Shown: positions 1 to 12,314 of the stretch, one piece after another
How positions within the stretch are numbered: position 1 is the first letter of the stretch
Layout: each line of letters begins with the position of its first letter
NCBI GenBank assembly: GCA_964016885.1
Contig: OZ024757.1
Coordinates: 15,314,001-15,378,000, forward strand
Length of the DNA: 64,000 nucleotides
Direction: 5' to 3'
Source of the DNA: Eledone cirrhosa
Taxonomy: Eukaryota
The notes under the pieces: generated by a model
Database searches by the model: none
The model's input: only the letters and a program-made list of their open reading frames with translations
Told to the model about the DNA's origin: nothing
Translations under genes and position numbers: made by a program

Positions 1-382
1 CTATTTCTCTCACCCAGTCAGGTTCATCCTTCCTCAACACATGACCCAGCCATCTCATTCGATTTCTCTTTACAACATTCATCACTGGCTTTATTCCATT
101 CACCAAGTTATTTTCATCCAACCATCTCATTCCATTTCTCTTCACAACCTTCAACACTGGCTCTATTCCCATCCCTCCCAGTCACTTCCTTCCACCCTCA
201 ACACATGACTCAGCCATCTCATTCTATTTCTCTTCACAACATCTATCGCTGGATCTATTCTCATCCTTCATATGCAATTCCTTGTTTTTATCTCTTTCTC
301 TCTCTCTGTGTGAAACCCCACCCCTCCACTGGGCCATTTTCATTCTGCTACCCTCAGCAATGAAATTGTATTATCTATTTAC

Positions 383-487
383 CATGGTTCGGAGGAACAA
401 GAAGATCTACAATTTTTTTGCCATGTACGGGCCAGACTCGTTTGATAACCTCTCGCATTTCTTCGTCTTTTCTATCCATTTCATCAG
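383..487 (-). CDS. Cav2: Cav2 exon pre-IQ (DEMDRKDEEMREVIKRVWPVHGKKIVDLLVPPNH)
   Basis: tttacag / gtaaat, 105 nt, phase 1-1; W...DLLVPP motif. Confidence 0.96.
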
Positions 488-811
488 CTGTAAAAAAAGG
501 AAAATATTCAATATAAAATCAACATCAGCAACACTTTTTAAAAAATTACCCACACCTACTCTCCCATTTAAAATTTTAAATACCATATTTGCTGGCCTAT
601 TGAATACCCCTTTATATAAGGACATCATCATCATCATCATCATCACTGTTTTACCTCACTGTTTCCACACTAGCATGGGTTAAGCAACCAGAAAGCCTAC
701 CTACCAGTCAGTCTGTCAACTGGCCAGCCAACCACTACCCAGCCAGCAAACCAAATAGCTAGGTCACCAGCCAGCAAGCCAGCTCTGATGAGATATTACT
801 GTACTTGTATT

Positions 812-842
<31 letters not shown>

Positions 843-964
843 GGGGAGATATATATATATATATATGTAGAGAGAGAGAGAGAGAGAGAGAGTGACAGAG
901 AGAGAGAGAGAGTGACAGAGAGAAAGAGAGAGAGAGAGATCTGTGGAATGGAGTTTGTACTTAC

Positions 965-1070
965 TCGAACTTATTTTTATTGACAATGATTCTCGAACTA
1001 AAGCAAAAAGGGTTGTTGAAAAGTGTACCGTCCCGTCTTCAATTACTGGCATATTCATTCGTATTAATTT
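965..1070 (-). CDS. Cav2: Cav2 exon pre-IQ (KLIRMNMPVIEDGTVHFSTTLFALVRESLSIKISS)
   Basis: ttctgcag / gtaagt, 106 nt. Confidence 0.97.
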
Positions 1071-1095
1071 CTGCAGAATAGAGAAACACATTGAT

Positions 1096-2660
1096 GGTAA
1101 AATGTGGGGATTGGCTTATATATATAGTGTATATACTTGAATATAAGATGAGTGATATGTGGGGGTTGGCTTACATATATACAATCAATATATACTTGAA
1201 TATAAGCAGAGGGATATGTGAGGTTGGCTTACATATATACAATCAATATATACTTGAATATAAGATGAGGGATATGTGGGGTTGGCTTACATATATACAA
1301 TCAATATATACTTGAATATAAGCAGAGGGATATGTGAGGTTGGCTTACATATATACAATCAATATATACTTGAATATAAGATGAGGGATATGTGAGGTTG
1401 GCTTACATATATACAATCAATATATACTTGAATATAAGATGAGGGATATGTGGGGTTGGCTTACATATATACAATCAATATATACTTGACTATAAGATGA
1501 GGGATATGTGAGGTTGGCTTACATATATACAATCAATATATACTTGAATATAAGTTGAGGGATATGTGGGGGTTGGCTTACATATATACAATCAATATAT
1601 ACTTGAATATAAGATGAGGGATATGTGGGGTTGGCTTACATATATACAATCAATATATACTTGAATATAAGCAGAGGGATATGTGGGGTTGGCTTACATA
1701 TATACAATCAATATATACTTGAATATAAGATGAGGGATATGTGGGGTTGGCTTACATATATACAATCAATATATACTTGAATATAAGATGAGGGATATGT
1801 GGGGTTGGCTTACATATATACAACAATATATACTTGAATATAAGCTGAGGGATATATGGGTTGGCTTACATATATACAATCAATATATACTTGAATATAA
1901 GATGAGGGATATGTGGGGTTGGCTTACATATATACAATCAATATATACTTGAATATAAGCAGAGGGATATGTGGGGTTGGCTTACATATATACAATCAAT
2001 ATATACTTGAATATAAGATGAGGGATATGTGGGGTTGGCTTACATATATACAATCAATATATACTTGAATATAAGATGAGGGATATGTGAGGTTGGCTTA
2101 CATATATACAATCAATATATACTTGAATATAAGATGAGGGATATGTGGGGTTGGCTTACATATATACAACAATATATACTTGAATATAAGCTGAGGGATA
2201 TGTGGGTTGGCTTACATATATACAATCAATATATACTTGAATATAAGATGAGGGATATGTGGGGTTGGCTTACATATATACAATCAATATATACTTGAAT
2301 ATAAGATGAGGGATATGTAGGGTTGGCTTACATATATACAATCAATATATACTTGAATATAAGCTGAGGGATATGTGGGGGTTGGCTTACATATATACAA
2401 TCAATATATACTTGAATATAAGCAGAGGGATATGTGGGGTTGGCTTACATATATACAATCAATATATACTTGAATATAAGCTGAGGGATATGCAATCTGC
2501 AAACCAATGGTAAAATGTGAGGGTGGCTTATATATATACTGTATATAGTTGAATATAAGCTGAGAAATATGTGACCCAAAAATCGATGGTAAAATGGGGG
2601 TGGGGCCACCTTATATATATATATTTGAATATAAGCTGAGGGATATGTGACCAAAAAAAC
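1096..2660. repeat. 58-bp minisatellite, ~23 near-identical core copies with degenerate edges
   Basis: Unit ttggcttacatatatacaatcaatatatacttgaatataagatgagggatatgtgggg; starts at 1166, 1224, 1282, 1340... Confidence 0.95.
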
Positions 2661-3373
2661 TAATGGTAAAGTGTGGAGTGCAGCTTATATTGACCATTTA
2701 AACACTGTATTTCCTGGCATCGAAGAAGCTACTTTTTTCCTAAAATAAGTCTCAAAAATTTACCATGCGCCCTGGAGGCTGAAGGTTGTTTATTATTTTT
2801 TTCAAATCCCGCCGAGGTTGACTTTGCCTTTCATCCTTACGGGGTCGATAAAATAAAGTACCAGTAATGCACTGGGTAATTGCTGGCCTGCCTAAAGTAG
2901 AAACAATTATTTTTTTTCAAATTTTTGGTTGTCAAAATTAGGGTGTGTCCTTAAGGATGAAGCGTTTTCAGCACTGGGAAATATGGTAATATGTTGATTA
3001 GCTGCCTCAGTTTATAAACAGGGTTTGGATTTTTTATTATTTCTCAGGCATAAAATAGGGGTCAGCTTATATTTGAGTATATACAATAAGTATAACACTT
3101 TTGTAATCATACACACATACACCCATGTACACGCACATTGTGCACACACACATACACCTATGTATGCACACATTACATCTTCAAAGAGCCCAAGCCAGTT
3201 TTGGCCAGGCTGGTATAAAAAGAGTCAAAGTGATGAGGTCTAGTATAGAAACAAATTGTCAAATCAGAAACATCCTTTCAAATCATTTACAGCTCATATG
3301 ACCATGGGAAATAGATGTGTATGTTTGTATGAAGTGAGACAGAAATATAACAAGCAGACTAAAGGCTACATAC

Positions 3374-3470
3374 TCGGTACGCCAATCTGTAGGGGCAATT
3401 TTTCCCAAAACCTACAGGTGGCTCCATTCTTTTCAACATTTCATACATGTCAGTATAATGAATTCTCCCT
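3374..3470 (-). CDS. Cav2: Cav2 exon EF-hand, vertebrate exon-37 equivalent ([32 protein letters not shown])
   Basis: ttttcag / gtatgt, 97 nt. Confidence 0.97.
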
Positions 3471-4984
3471 CTGAAAACAAAACAAGAAAAAAAAAAAAAT
3501 AACATTATCACAAATAAAAAAAAAACAATAAAAAAACAACCCCTCCCTACTACAGCAATCATTTGCAATCAAATATGACCTGATAGTTTTACCTAACTTT
3601 TGGTTAGGGCTTTAGGAGCTTTTACAGTTATGGGCTTAGTGGCGGCATGTGACCTAGTGGTAAGGGTGTTCGATTTACGATCATAATGTTGTGAGTTTGA
3701 TTCCTGCACTGGGCTGTGTGTTGTGTTCTTGAGCAAAACACTTCTTTTCTCATTGCTCCAGTATACTCAGTTGAAAATCAGCTCCAGTATACTCAGCTGA
3801 AAATGAGTATCAGCAATAGCTGGAGGTCTAATCCTCCAATGAACTAGTGTCCAGTCATTTCATGCTATAGAAACTGGGATAAGTACAAGGCCTGATGAGC
3901 CTCCCCAGATGCTGACACCTCTTTCCTTGATCTAGTGGAACATCTAGAATTTTACAGTTACAAGGAGAGAGGGGGCTGCACAAGCACTGGGCTGGTACTT
4001 TCTTTATCGATCTCAAAAGATGAAAAGCAAAATGGACCTCAGCAGACACAGACACCCTCTCAAACCTCATTCCCATGATCTAGTGGAATATCCAGGCTTT
4101 GACAGCTGGGAGGAAAGAAGTTAACGGTCGAAGTTTGAAAAAGCATAAGCTTTAGTTCAACCCATAAAAACTGTTGGAAGTTGAAGGAACAGGCTATATA
4201 TGTTGGGGTACGTTGTTTTTTTTCTCACCTAAGTGTGAATATAAGATCTATTTTGATGTTTATGCCAGGAAGGTTTTATTTGACTGCAAACTTTTACAAT
4301 GATTTCTCCACAAGTATAGATACTATAAACATTTGAATGAACAAAGCTGGTTTTAAATATTACCAACTAAATTATTACAGGATGGTAAGAATTAATAAAA
4401 GATAAAAAATTTAGTAAATATAAAGAATGATGTGCTCAAGTACAGAGATGCTACAAAATAGCCGGAAACTTCCGTTTCCATCTTTTAAGGGTCTGCACTC
4501 TATTTTAAAAGTTATTTTATAGCATTTCTGCATGCAAGCACATCATTCTATACATTAACTTTATATTTTCAGTGCTTAATGTTTGAGAGATCAGCTACAT
4601 ATCTTCTTTCATCATCATCATCATTGTCATCGTTTTTATGCCCATTTTTCCTTGCTTGCATGAGTTGGACGGGTCCTCCTCTCCACATCATCTCTCTATT
4701 CACCACATTTATTTGTCATCTCCTGTGTGAGTCTCAGTGATTTGAGGTCTGCACCATCATCACCTCTGCCCAGGTCTTTCTTGGTCTACCTATACTGCAG
4801 CTTCCTTCCACTGGCATTTCCTGGCACTTCTTCACCCATCGATCATCATCCATGTGCATCACATGTCTGTACCATCTCAGTCTTCTCTCCTACACACCAC
4901 CTTGGAGTCCTCTTAAACCCAGCTTCTCCCTCAGTTTATAAAAAATGTAGTTTAAATTTAGAAAGATTATTGAGCAACACTTAC

Positions 4985-5112
4985 GTAGCTACAGGGTCAT
5001 ATTCAGCCCAAACTCTGTTGTATTCATCTAAATGATGTGGACCAAGTATTGAGCTATCTCTTGTTAGATAGTCAAAATTGTCCATAATAACCGCAACGAA
5101 AAGGTTAAGCAT
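4985..5112 (-). CDS. Cav2: Cav2 exon IVS6/EF-hand ([42 protein letters not shown])
   Basis: ttcacag / gtaagt, 128 nt; near-invariant motif. Confidence 0.98.
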
Positions 5113-5392
5113 CTGTGAAAATTTACAGAAAGATATATTATATAATCATACATAGGACTAGATTTATACCTTAGGGGCTCAAGCCAGTTCAGGTTTGGTG
5201 GGCCCCTCATATAGCAACACACACACACACACATACACACATACGAACACAGATATATATATCTGTGTTCGTTTTTCTTTTATATTCAATTATAATATAC
5301 GGCCGGAAAAATCTCTTTCTTAGAGCTATTTTATTGTAAGAGACTATTTTGAGTTTCTAACTCAATATATACCTTTGATATATATATATATT

Positions 5393-5998
5393 ATGTCAGG
5401 TCACCAGTTGGTGCTACTGGTAACATGTATCCCAGTACAACCCGTCTCATGGTCGGGTCGTTGGCGACTAAACTGGCAACCCCACCAAGGTTTCTTGGTG
5501 AGGAAGGTGACTGGACATCCTGCAGAACTAAAAACAAAACCTGTCAAAGGGCAAAGGAGCTTTTAAGAGTCAATGGCCATCCAAAATCACCGGGAGAGAT
5601 GACCCCTTAGCCTTTGTCAAGGCAGAATTCTAGGAGAAGGAAAACTCTGATATAACACCTGCAACCCTGATGATATCCAATGATGTTGACTTGTTCTTCT
5701 TTTTGGTAAATATCCTTTTGATTAAGAGAGTGGGACTGGCTTTGTGCAGTGCCTTTGCTCACTATAAAAGCTTCACGGCACAGGCATTGCTTTATATCTG
5801 GAGATCTCTCTGCACTTGTCGTCACATGGTACCATGGGCCCAGCACTATGTATCAATAATTGTCACAAGTGTAGTGTTTGTACCAGAGTTTTCAAGTCGC
5901 TGGCTGGACTAAAAAGTCACACTCGTTCAGCGTATCGGTAGGGGTTCTCCTACATGGATATAAAGTAGTGGCCATACTCGAAAACGAGTTGGCAGCCA

Positions 5999-6000
<2 letters not shown>
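5393..6000 (+). mobile_element. Unclassified interspersed repeat; ~410 bp recurs inverted at 44627-45035, 5' part is similar to 28338-28535
   Basis: Near-identical spurious ORFs on opposite strands at both loci; (TA)n-flanked. Confidence 0.8.
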
Positions 6001-6057
<57 letters not shown>

Positions 6058-6195
6058 GGAAGAGAGATTGAAAGAGATAGAAGGGCTCTGTTTGATGAGG
6101 CAGGGGGAGGGGGGGAAAAGGCATTCACCCACATAATATATATATCATCATCATCATCTTCATTTAATGCCCATTTTCCTTTCCATGCTAGCATG

Positions 6196-6253
<58 letters not shown>

Positions 6254-6774
6254 AACAAAGAATGAGACACATTCTGTGTTGTATGGCGATAAAAAAAAAA
6301 CAAGGAAAAAAAAATTGTACATTAGGAATATTTAGGCTTTTTGAGGGCAGACCTTGATATTTTTATGGTTTGTGTGTGTTTTTGTGAGTATATGTGCTTA
6401 CATATAAATACATATACATACCCATACATATATTTATCTGTATATTCATAGGGCACCCTGTTGAGATTATACCTTATAATTATATTAATAGCAGCACTAC
6501 TAACATAGCATGTTTCATAATAAGGGTGCATATGAAGACATATAAGATATGTTTATTTCTTAAAATAAAAAGAAAGGAGTTGATCATAAGATCAGACCAA
6601 GAAACTATGTGTCCATTGGTCTTTCTATTGCTGATAGAATCTGCTGGTCATATCTCCTGGGAGAAGAAAGGAGCTGATTGTTCTATTAGACTAAGAAAAT
6701 AGTGTTTCCATTGGTCTTTCAATTGCTGATGTAATCTGATGGTCGCAACACCCGTTACAAGACTTTGCACAAGA

Positions 6775-6915
6775 GATTGAATTGTTCCAGAAGTTATACC
6801 TACTGGGAACAGCTTGAATATTGAGAAAAGTTCTGGACTACCAGCAATAGTTAAATGACAAGGAATGATATAAAAAAGTTGGAGTTACCCTAGGTTACTA
6901 GTTGTAGCCTGGCAT
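6775..6915 (+). mobile_element. R4/Dong-like 3' end fragment
   Basis: ELFQKLYLLGTA*ILRKVLD. Confidence 0.6.
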
Positions 6916-6984
6916 TTCTTAAAATAACTGGTCCAAAGCAACATCAACGTTGGTCATGATAAATAGTAAAATAATAATTATAAT

Positions 6985-7390
6985 AATAATTGTTTCTACT
7001 TTTGGCACAAGGCCAGCAATTATCCCAGTGTATTACTGGTATTTTATTTTATTGACCCCGTAAGGATGAAAGGCAAAGTTAACTCAGCGGCATTTGAACT
7101 CAGATCATAAAGGGCCGTAACTCCACGCTACAAAGCATGGCATCTGACCCTCTACCGATACAGCCAATAATAACGGTTCCTGATTTAGGCACAAAGCCAA
7201 CAATTTTTGGGGAGGGGAAAGTCGATTAAATCGACCCTAGTATGTTACTCATACTTTATTTTATCGACCCTGTATGGATGAAAGGCAAAGCTAACCTCAG
7301 CAGGATTTGAACGCAGATCATAGAGGGATGTAACTCTATGTTGCAAAACATGGTGTCCAACACCCTACTGTTACTGCCAATCCACCGCCC
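6985..7390 (-). mobile_element. Two tandem SINE family 1 copies
   Basis: Homology to other copies. Confidence 0.85.
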
Positions 7391-7436
7391 TAATAATAAT
7401 GATAATAATGAAACAAAGAACTGGAGGTATACTTAC

Positions 7437-7587
7437 AAGAAAGGAACAAAAAAATATAAATGTTACAAAATAACCGTAGGCAATATCCAATCCACACGAA
7501 TTTTCCGACATTTTTGACTCAGGATCACATGGCCGGCCTGAGAGACAAGACAACATAATTTGCTGCCAACTTTCACCTGTGGCACAT
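7437..7587 (-). CDS. Cav2: Cav2 exon domain IV pore loop + IVS6 (CATGESWQQIMLSCLSGRPCDPE...YFVTFIFFCSFL)
   Basis: tttacag / gtaagt, 151 nt; TGESW filter. Confidence 0.97.
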
Positions 7588-8153
7588 CTGTAAACAAACA
7601 AATGATACATTATTGCAAATGGATTTTGTTTTTTGATTTTTTTTTGCTTATCATTTATTTCACTAGCCATATATAAATTTAACCTTTTAGCATTTACATT
7701 ACTTTACATTTACTATTGTATTTTCACGGCAAAGGTTTTATCTCACATAATATCGAATCTATGATATTTTGATAGTATCTATTTTGAGAACAATACCTTA
7801 ACATAAGTATGAGCAACCAGTTATGGCTGGTTTGAACAGAAATAGGTGAGATAATTCTGGCCGGATATGGCTGGTTTAAATGCTAAAGCATTAAAATATA
7901 AAAAAGGTGCATAAAGGAAAAAAGTATGATACAGTATTTACAAAGAAGAGAATAAAAAGTTCTTAGGAATGGAATGAAGTAGTTCATTATTGAGAATGTT
8001 AATCAGGCTAGTGAGGTAATTGAGAAGGATTATAGTGGAAAGTTATCATCCTTTTCATGATGGCTTGGAATTGGTTCATTGGGTCATTTATATAATATAA
8101 TTTGCAAAATATAGTTTATTAAAACTTCTTCATTGTATATCAAGTGTTTAGAG

Positions 8154-8331
8154 CAGACATGTCAAACTGAGGGTCCTCTGAAGACCACATATGTGTTGTT
8201 TGAGGGCCTCACACAAAAATTAATTGCACACATTACAACTAATTTTACGAAGATAAAACATGCTCGTGCTGTATAAACCTTTGTGCGGGCTGCAGGTGTG
8301 CTTGTAAAGGGCCACATGTTTGACATACCTG
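8154..8331. mobile_element. Non-autonomous hAT-type MITE
   Basis: CAG...CTG termini, TIR-like atgtcaaac/gtttgacat, 8-bp TSD gtttagag. Confidence 0.85.
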
Positions 8332-9092
8332 GTTTAGAGCACATCAGAGGGTTAGAGCTTGGCTTATTTGCAAAATAAAGTTTGTAAAACTTCCTTCCTA
8401 ATTATATCATGTTTAGTGTATAGCTTAACAAAAGTTCTTACATGAAATTATGCCGAATGGGTTTTAGATAAATATAAACAGTTTTATGCCATAGAACTAG
8501 GGACAATTTCAGCTGGTTTGGTATCATAAGTGTTCAGGTGTTTAGTAATAATTGATTTTATTGACTTAACAGTAATAACACAGCTCAGCTATTGGTGTGG
8601 TGTACAGAGAGGTGGGCAGAGGATGTGATGATCCCAGGAAACCGTATCAAGGCAAGTGGGTGGAGGCATTCAACCAAAGAGTCATGCAGAGTTCGCTATT
8701 TAATATGGTTACTAAATGTAGCACCCTCTTAGATTTCTCAAGAACCCAGTTCTCTGCCCAGGTCAAAAAGCTGAGAAATTTATTAACTGGTAATTCAATG
8801 TTTATATTTTTGGACAAAATTTCTATGGCTGATATATTACTTTGAAATGTTTATTTTATGTTTCATCATCATCATCACCATTTAACATCCAGTTTTCCAC
8901 ACTGGGTTAGACGAGTTGTCCTGTTGTGGGCAATGCCAGGTCAGGTGACCATGTTTTGCTCATACAGAACTAATTTTGGCTTTATATATCTGTTTTTATA
9001 TATAAATGTCTTCCTTACTCACATTTCTCAGTACTAGGTTCTATATCTAAGTTTTAAGGACATACAATCAAGGAGTTGGCTCTGGACATCAC

Positions 9093-9292
9093 NNNNNNNN
9101 NNNNNNNNNNNNNNNNNNNNNNNNNNNNNNNNNNNNNNNNNNNNNNNNNNNNNNNNNNNNNNNNNNNNNNNNNNNNNNNNNNNNNNNNNNNNNNNNNNNN
9201 NNNNNNNNNNNNNNNNNNNNNNNNNNNNNNNNNNNNNNNNNNNNNNNNNNNNNNNNNNNNNNNNNNNNNNNNNNNNNNNNNNNNNNNNNNNN
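9093..9292. other. Assembly gap (200 N), probably hiding the VFGNI...LFR exon
   Basis: Run of N; the flanking exons are phase-incompatible without an extra exon. Confidence 0.9.
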
Positions 9293-9449
9293 CTCTAATT
9301 AATCCAGCTGGATCACCAAGTGAGACTAGCCAAGCTCTTGGATGTTATCCAACCCTCTTGTTTGGAGGTCTACCTCTGAGTTTCCTGCCGGTTGGTTTTG
9401 CCCATAAAATCTTTTTGGAAATGCTTTTATGAGACTAGTTGAATAATTC

Positions 9450-9705
9450 TGTGTTAAATGTTCATGTTAAGTGAGGGGCTGAGCTGTCAACAGATCACCA
9501 TCTAGTTATCTGCAACTTGAGACTACCTAAAGCCTGGCAGGTCAAGGTCAATCCTCAGGATAAAATGAGAAGCATTGGTGGATAAGGAAGTCAAGACCAG
9601 GCATGTAGATACTATTGCATCAAAATTCAGAGAAGTCCCTGAGCAAACCAAGGACATTGAAATGGAATGGAGATTGTTCAGATCAGCAGTTTCTGCTTCA
9701 GTTGT
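9450..9705 (+). mobile_element. RTE-clade LINE fragment (end of APE domain and linker)
   Basis: Translates to VLNVHVK*GAELSTDHHLVICNL ... DIEMEWRLFRSAV. Confidence 0.75.
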
Positions 9706-10354
9706 TACAGTAAAATTTGTAAAGAAAAATATTCCATTTCTTCTTTTCCCACATATTTTTGATAGGGTTGTGGGGGCAGAGTCCTCAAACACTTTTTCCA
9801 GTGGCAACCATCTCCAACTGATCTGGTTGGATCCCAAAGCATGACCAGCCAAGCTCATGGATATTATCCAACCATCTTGTTCCATTTAATAGTAACAAAT
9901 TATTAACTGTTTCAACATGTAAGGTGGTTGTGCTGGTATAATTTTCGAATAATTTTAAACAAAAATTAAAAAATTTGGAGGAATTTAGTAATATAACCTT
10001 CTCATTATTAAGCTGATGTTTGGAGCTTAACTTAACAAAGTTTCTTACATGAAATTGTTATGAAGGCTTTTAGATAAAAACAATACTTTATAATAAACTG
10101 TTCTGTATTGTAGAACCAGCAGTAGTTTCTGGTGGTTTAACTAACAAAATGGTTAACCATACAGAGAAACAAAGAGAGGCGATAAAATACTTGATTTTCA
10201 CTTTGAGGATGCACAGGCTTGTCAGCCCCATCATCATAATTATCACTGTGTATTTGAGTGTACATGCTAGCACTACCACCTTACAGAGTGGACTGGGTGT
10301 AATTTATCATGGGTTTTATAGACTGTAAAACAGTTTGAGGAATGGCCTACTTAC

Positions 10355-10420
10355 TTGCATCCCAATTATGGCATATATAAAGAAGAGCATTGTGATCAGA
10401 AGACCCACATAAGGCAAGGC
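10355..10420 (-). CDS. Cav2: Cav2 exon IVS5 (ALPYVGLLITMLFFIYAIIGMQ)
   Basis: cttttag / gtaagt, 66 nt. Confidence 0.97.
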
Positions 10421-11286
10421 CTAAAAGAGAAAGGATAGACAAAACATTTTGAAATATCTTAAAATGGACAAAACTACACTATAACTTCTTCACATTAAAA
10501 ATTTACTATAATACTGCAAATTTCAACAACAATCTGTTCATGAATAAAGATACTATAAATATTTGAATTAACAAACCTGCTTTAGGTATTTCCTGCTAAA
10601 TCATTACAGGATGCTATGAGGTTTGCATGAAACCACATTAGCTAGACATTCTTGAAAACTAGAAAATAACATTATGATTTTGTCCAATGGAAAGGGAAAG
10701 GCTGATACAGCTTGGTACCAGTGTCATCATCATTCATATATACACTTTATACACTATATATGTTGCCCAATGGAAAGGGAAAGGCTGATACAGCTTGGTG
10801 CCAGTGTCATCATCATTCATATATAGACCATATATACACTTTATACACGATATATGATGTTGTCCAAGGGAAAGAGAAAAACCGATACAGCCTGTTACCA
10901 TTTATGTTACCACTCGTATATACACTATACATAGCATTGTCCAAGGAAAAGACCAAGGCTGTGACAGCTTGGCACCAGTGTCAACACTACTCATATATAT
11001 ATATATACATATATATATTATAGATTAAAATGACAGAAGACCAGACAGGTTGAATTCCTTCAATTGTTTATTTCTGCAAACACTATGCACATTTCTGTGG
11101 TCAAGTTACATATGAACCTGTTGACATCATCAGATCTATATTGCATAATAGTTATATACCAAAGGAATGATGGCAAACACATTCCAAGAGGCTTTAAAGA
11201 AAAAAAGCAGAGAAGAATAAATGCTTTTTTTGTTTATTTTTGACTCCAAGGCGATTCTACCTGGTGGTGAACCACCAAATTTAAAC

Positions 11287-11327
<41 letters not shown>

Positions 11328-11328
<1 letters not shown>

Positions 11329-11717
11329 GAGGGCAATCCCAAAAGTATATCCTTCCAATATTGCAACTCTTCCATTAAAATCCTGTGGATGGTGCTTCGG
11401 GAAACCTCAGGAACCAAAATGCAGAGAACATCCAGAGTGATCCGCCGATCTTTACGCATGTTTTCCTCGGAAGGAGACCTTACTTTTGGGATTGCCCTCT
11501 ATATAATAACTGCGCGAAATTCGCACTTGGCGGTAGCGTTCAATGGGAGCTCCATTCTCAACGGCTGCCAAGCCAAGATTGAGCATCCCAGCGAAGTGCG
11601 CGCATGCTTGTTTGGGAGTGAAGGAAGCACCAATCACAACAGTGTTGCCAACAGCCGTACAAACAGTTTCTCTGCGTCCCCATCGCTTTGGAGATCTTAC
11701 TTTTCAGATTACCCTCG
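11328..11717 (-). mobile_element. Composite mariner remnant (three TIRs, transposase fragments)
   Basis: TA-CGAGGG...AAAAGTA TIRs; MELPLNATAKCEFRAVI and RKDRRITLD...VSRSTIHRILMEEL HTH-like fragments. Confidence 0.85.
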
Positions 11718-12153
11718 TAAATATACATATACATCCAAGAAAAGGGCAAAGGCTGATGATACAGCTTGGTATGAGTAAAAGAGTTATCAGGCCTCCTCAG
11801 GTTATAGGTAATACAGTAAGGGGAAGGGTAGTCTGTCAGGGTTAATGATAAGGGCTTCTATTCCTATCATGAAAAGCAACATGACATTAAGCATCTTGCT
11901 CAAGAATCTAATGCACTCTCTGATCCAGGAATTAAACCCACAACCTTAGGATCATGAGTCTTCTTCACCCAACTTATTCCTGAGAGGGTCATGAGGGGAG
12001 AGTCCTCAAACATTCCTTCCAGCTTGATCACCAAGAGACCAGCTGAGCTCATGGATATTATCCAACAATCTTGCTCAGGGCCTACCCCTGGGATCCTGCC
12101 AGTTGGTTTTGCACCCTAAATACATGCATTCATGAGTGTCATAAAGAACTTAC

Positions 12154-12270
12154 TTTAAACGATTGTAAAAACGTCCATAGTAGTAGTCTGATGGTATAAC
12201 CTTGACGTAGTAGTTTGATAAGCCGAGCCGCTCTAAATAATCTGAAGCTTCCTGTTCGAAAGGAAGACAT
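12154..12270 (-). CDS. Cav2: Cav2 exon IVS4 ([39 protein letters not shown])
   Basis: tttgcag / gtaagt, 117 nt. Confidence 0.97.
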
Positions 12271-12314
12271 CTGCAAATAGAAAGGGTTAAATTATGGACA
12301 TGTAAATCAACTGG

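Noticed and set aside
1071-4984. A second EF-hand exon (37a/37b-like duplicate)
   Set aside because: No paralogous 97-nt exon found in either flanking intron
11221-11845. 185-aa and 100-aa + strand ORFs
   Set aside because: Antisense read-through of the mariner remnant and microsatellite
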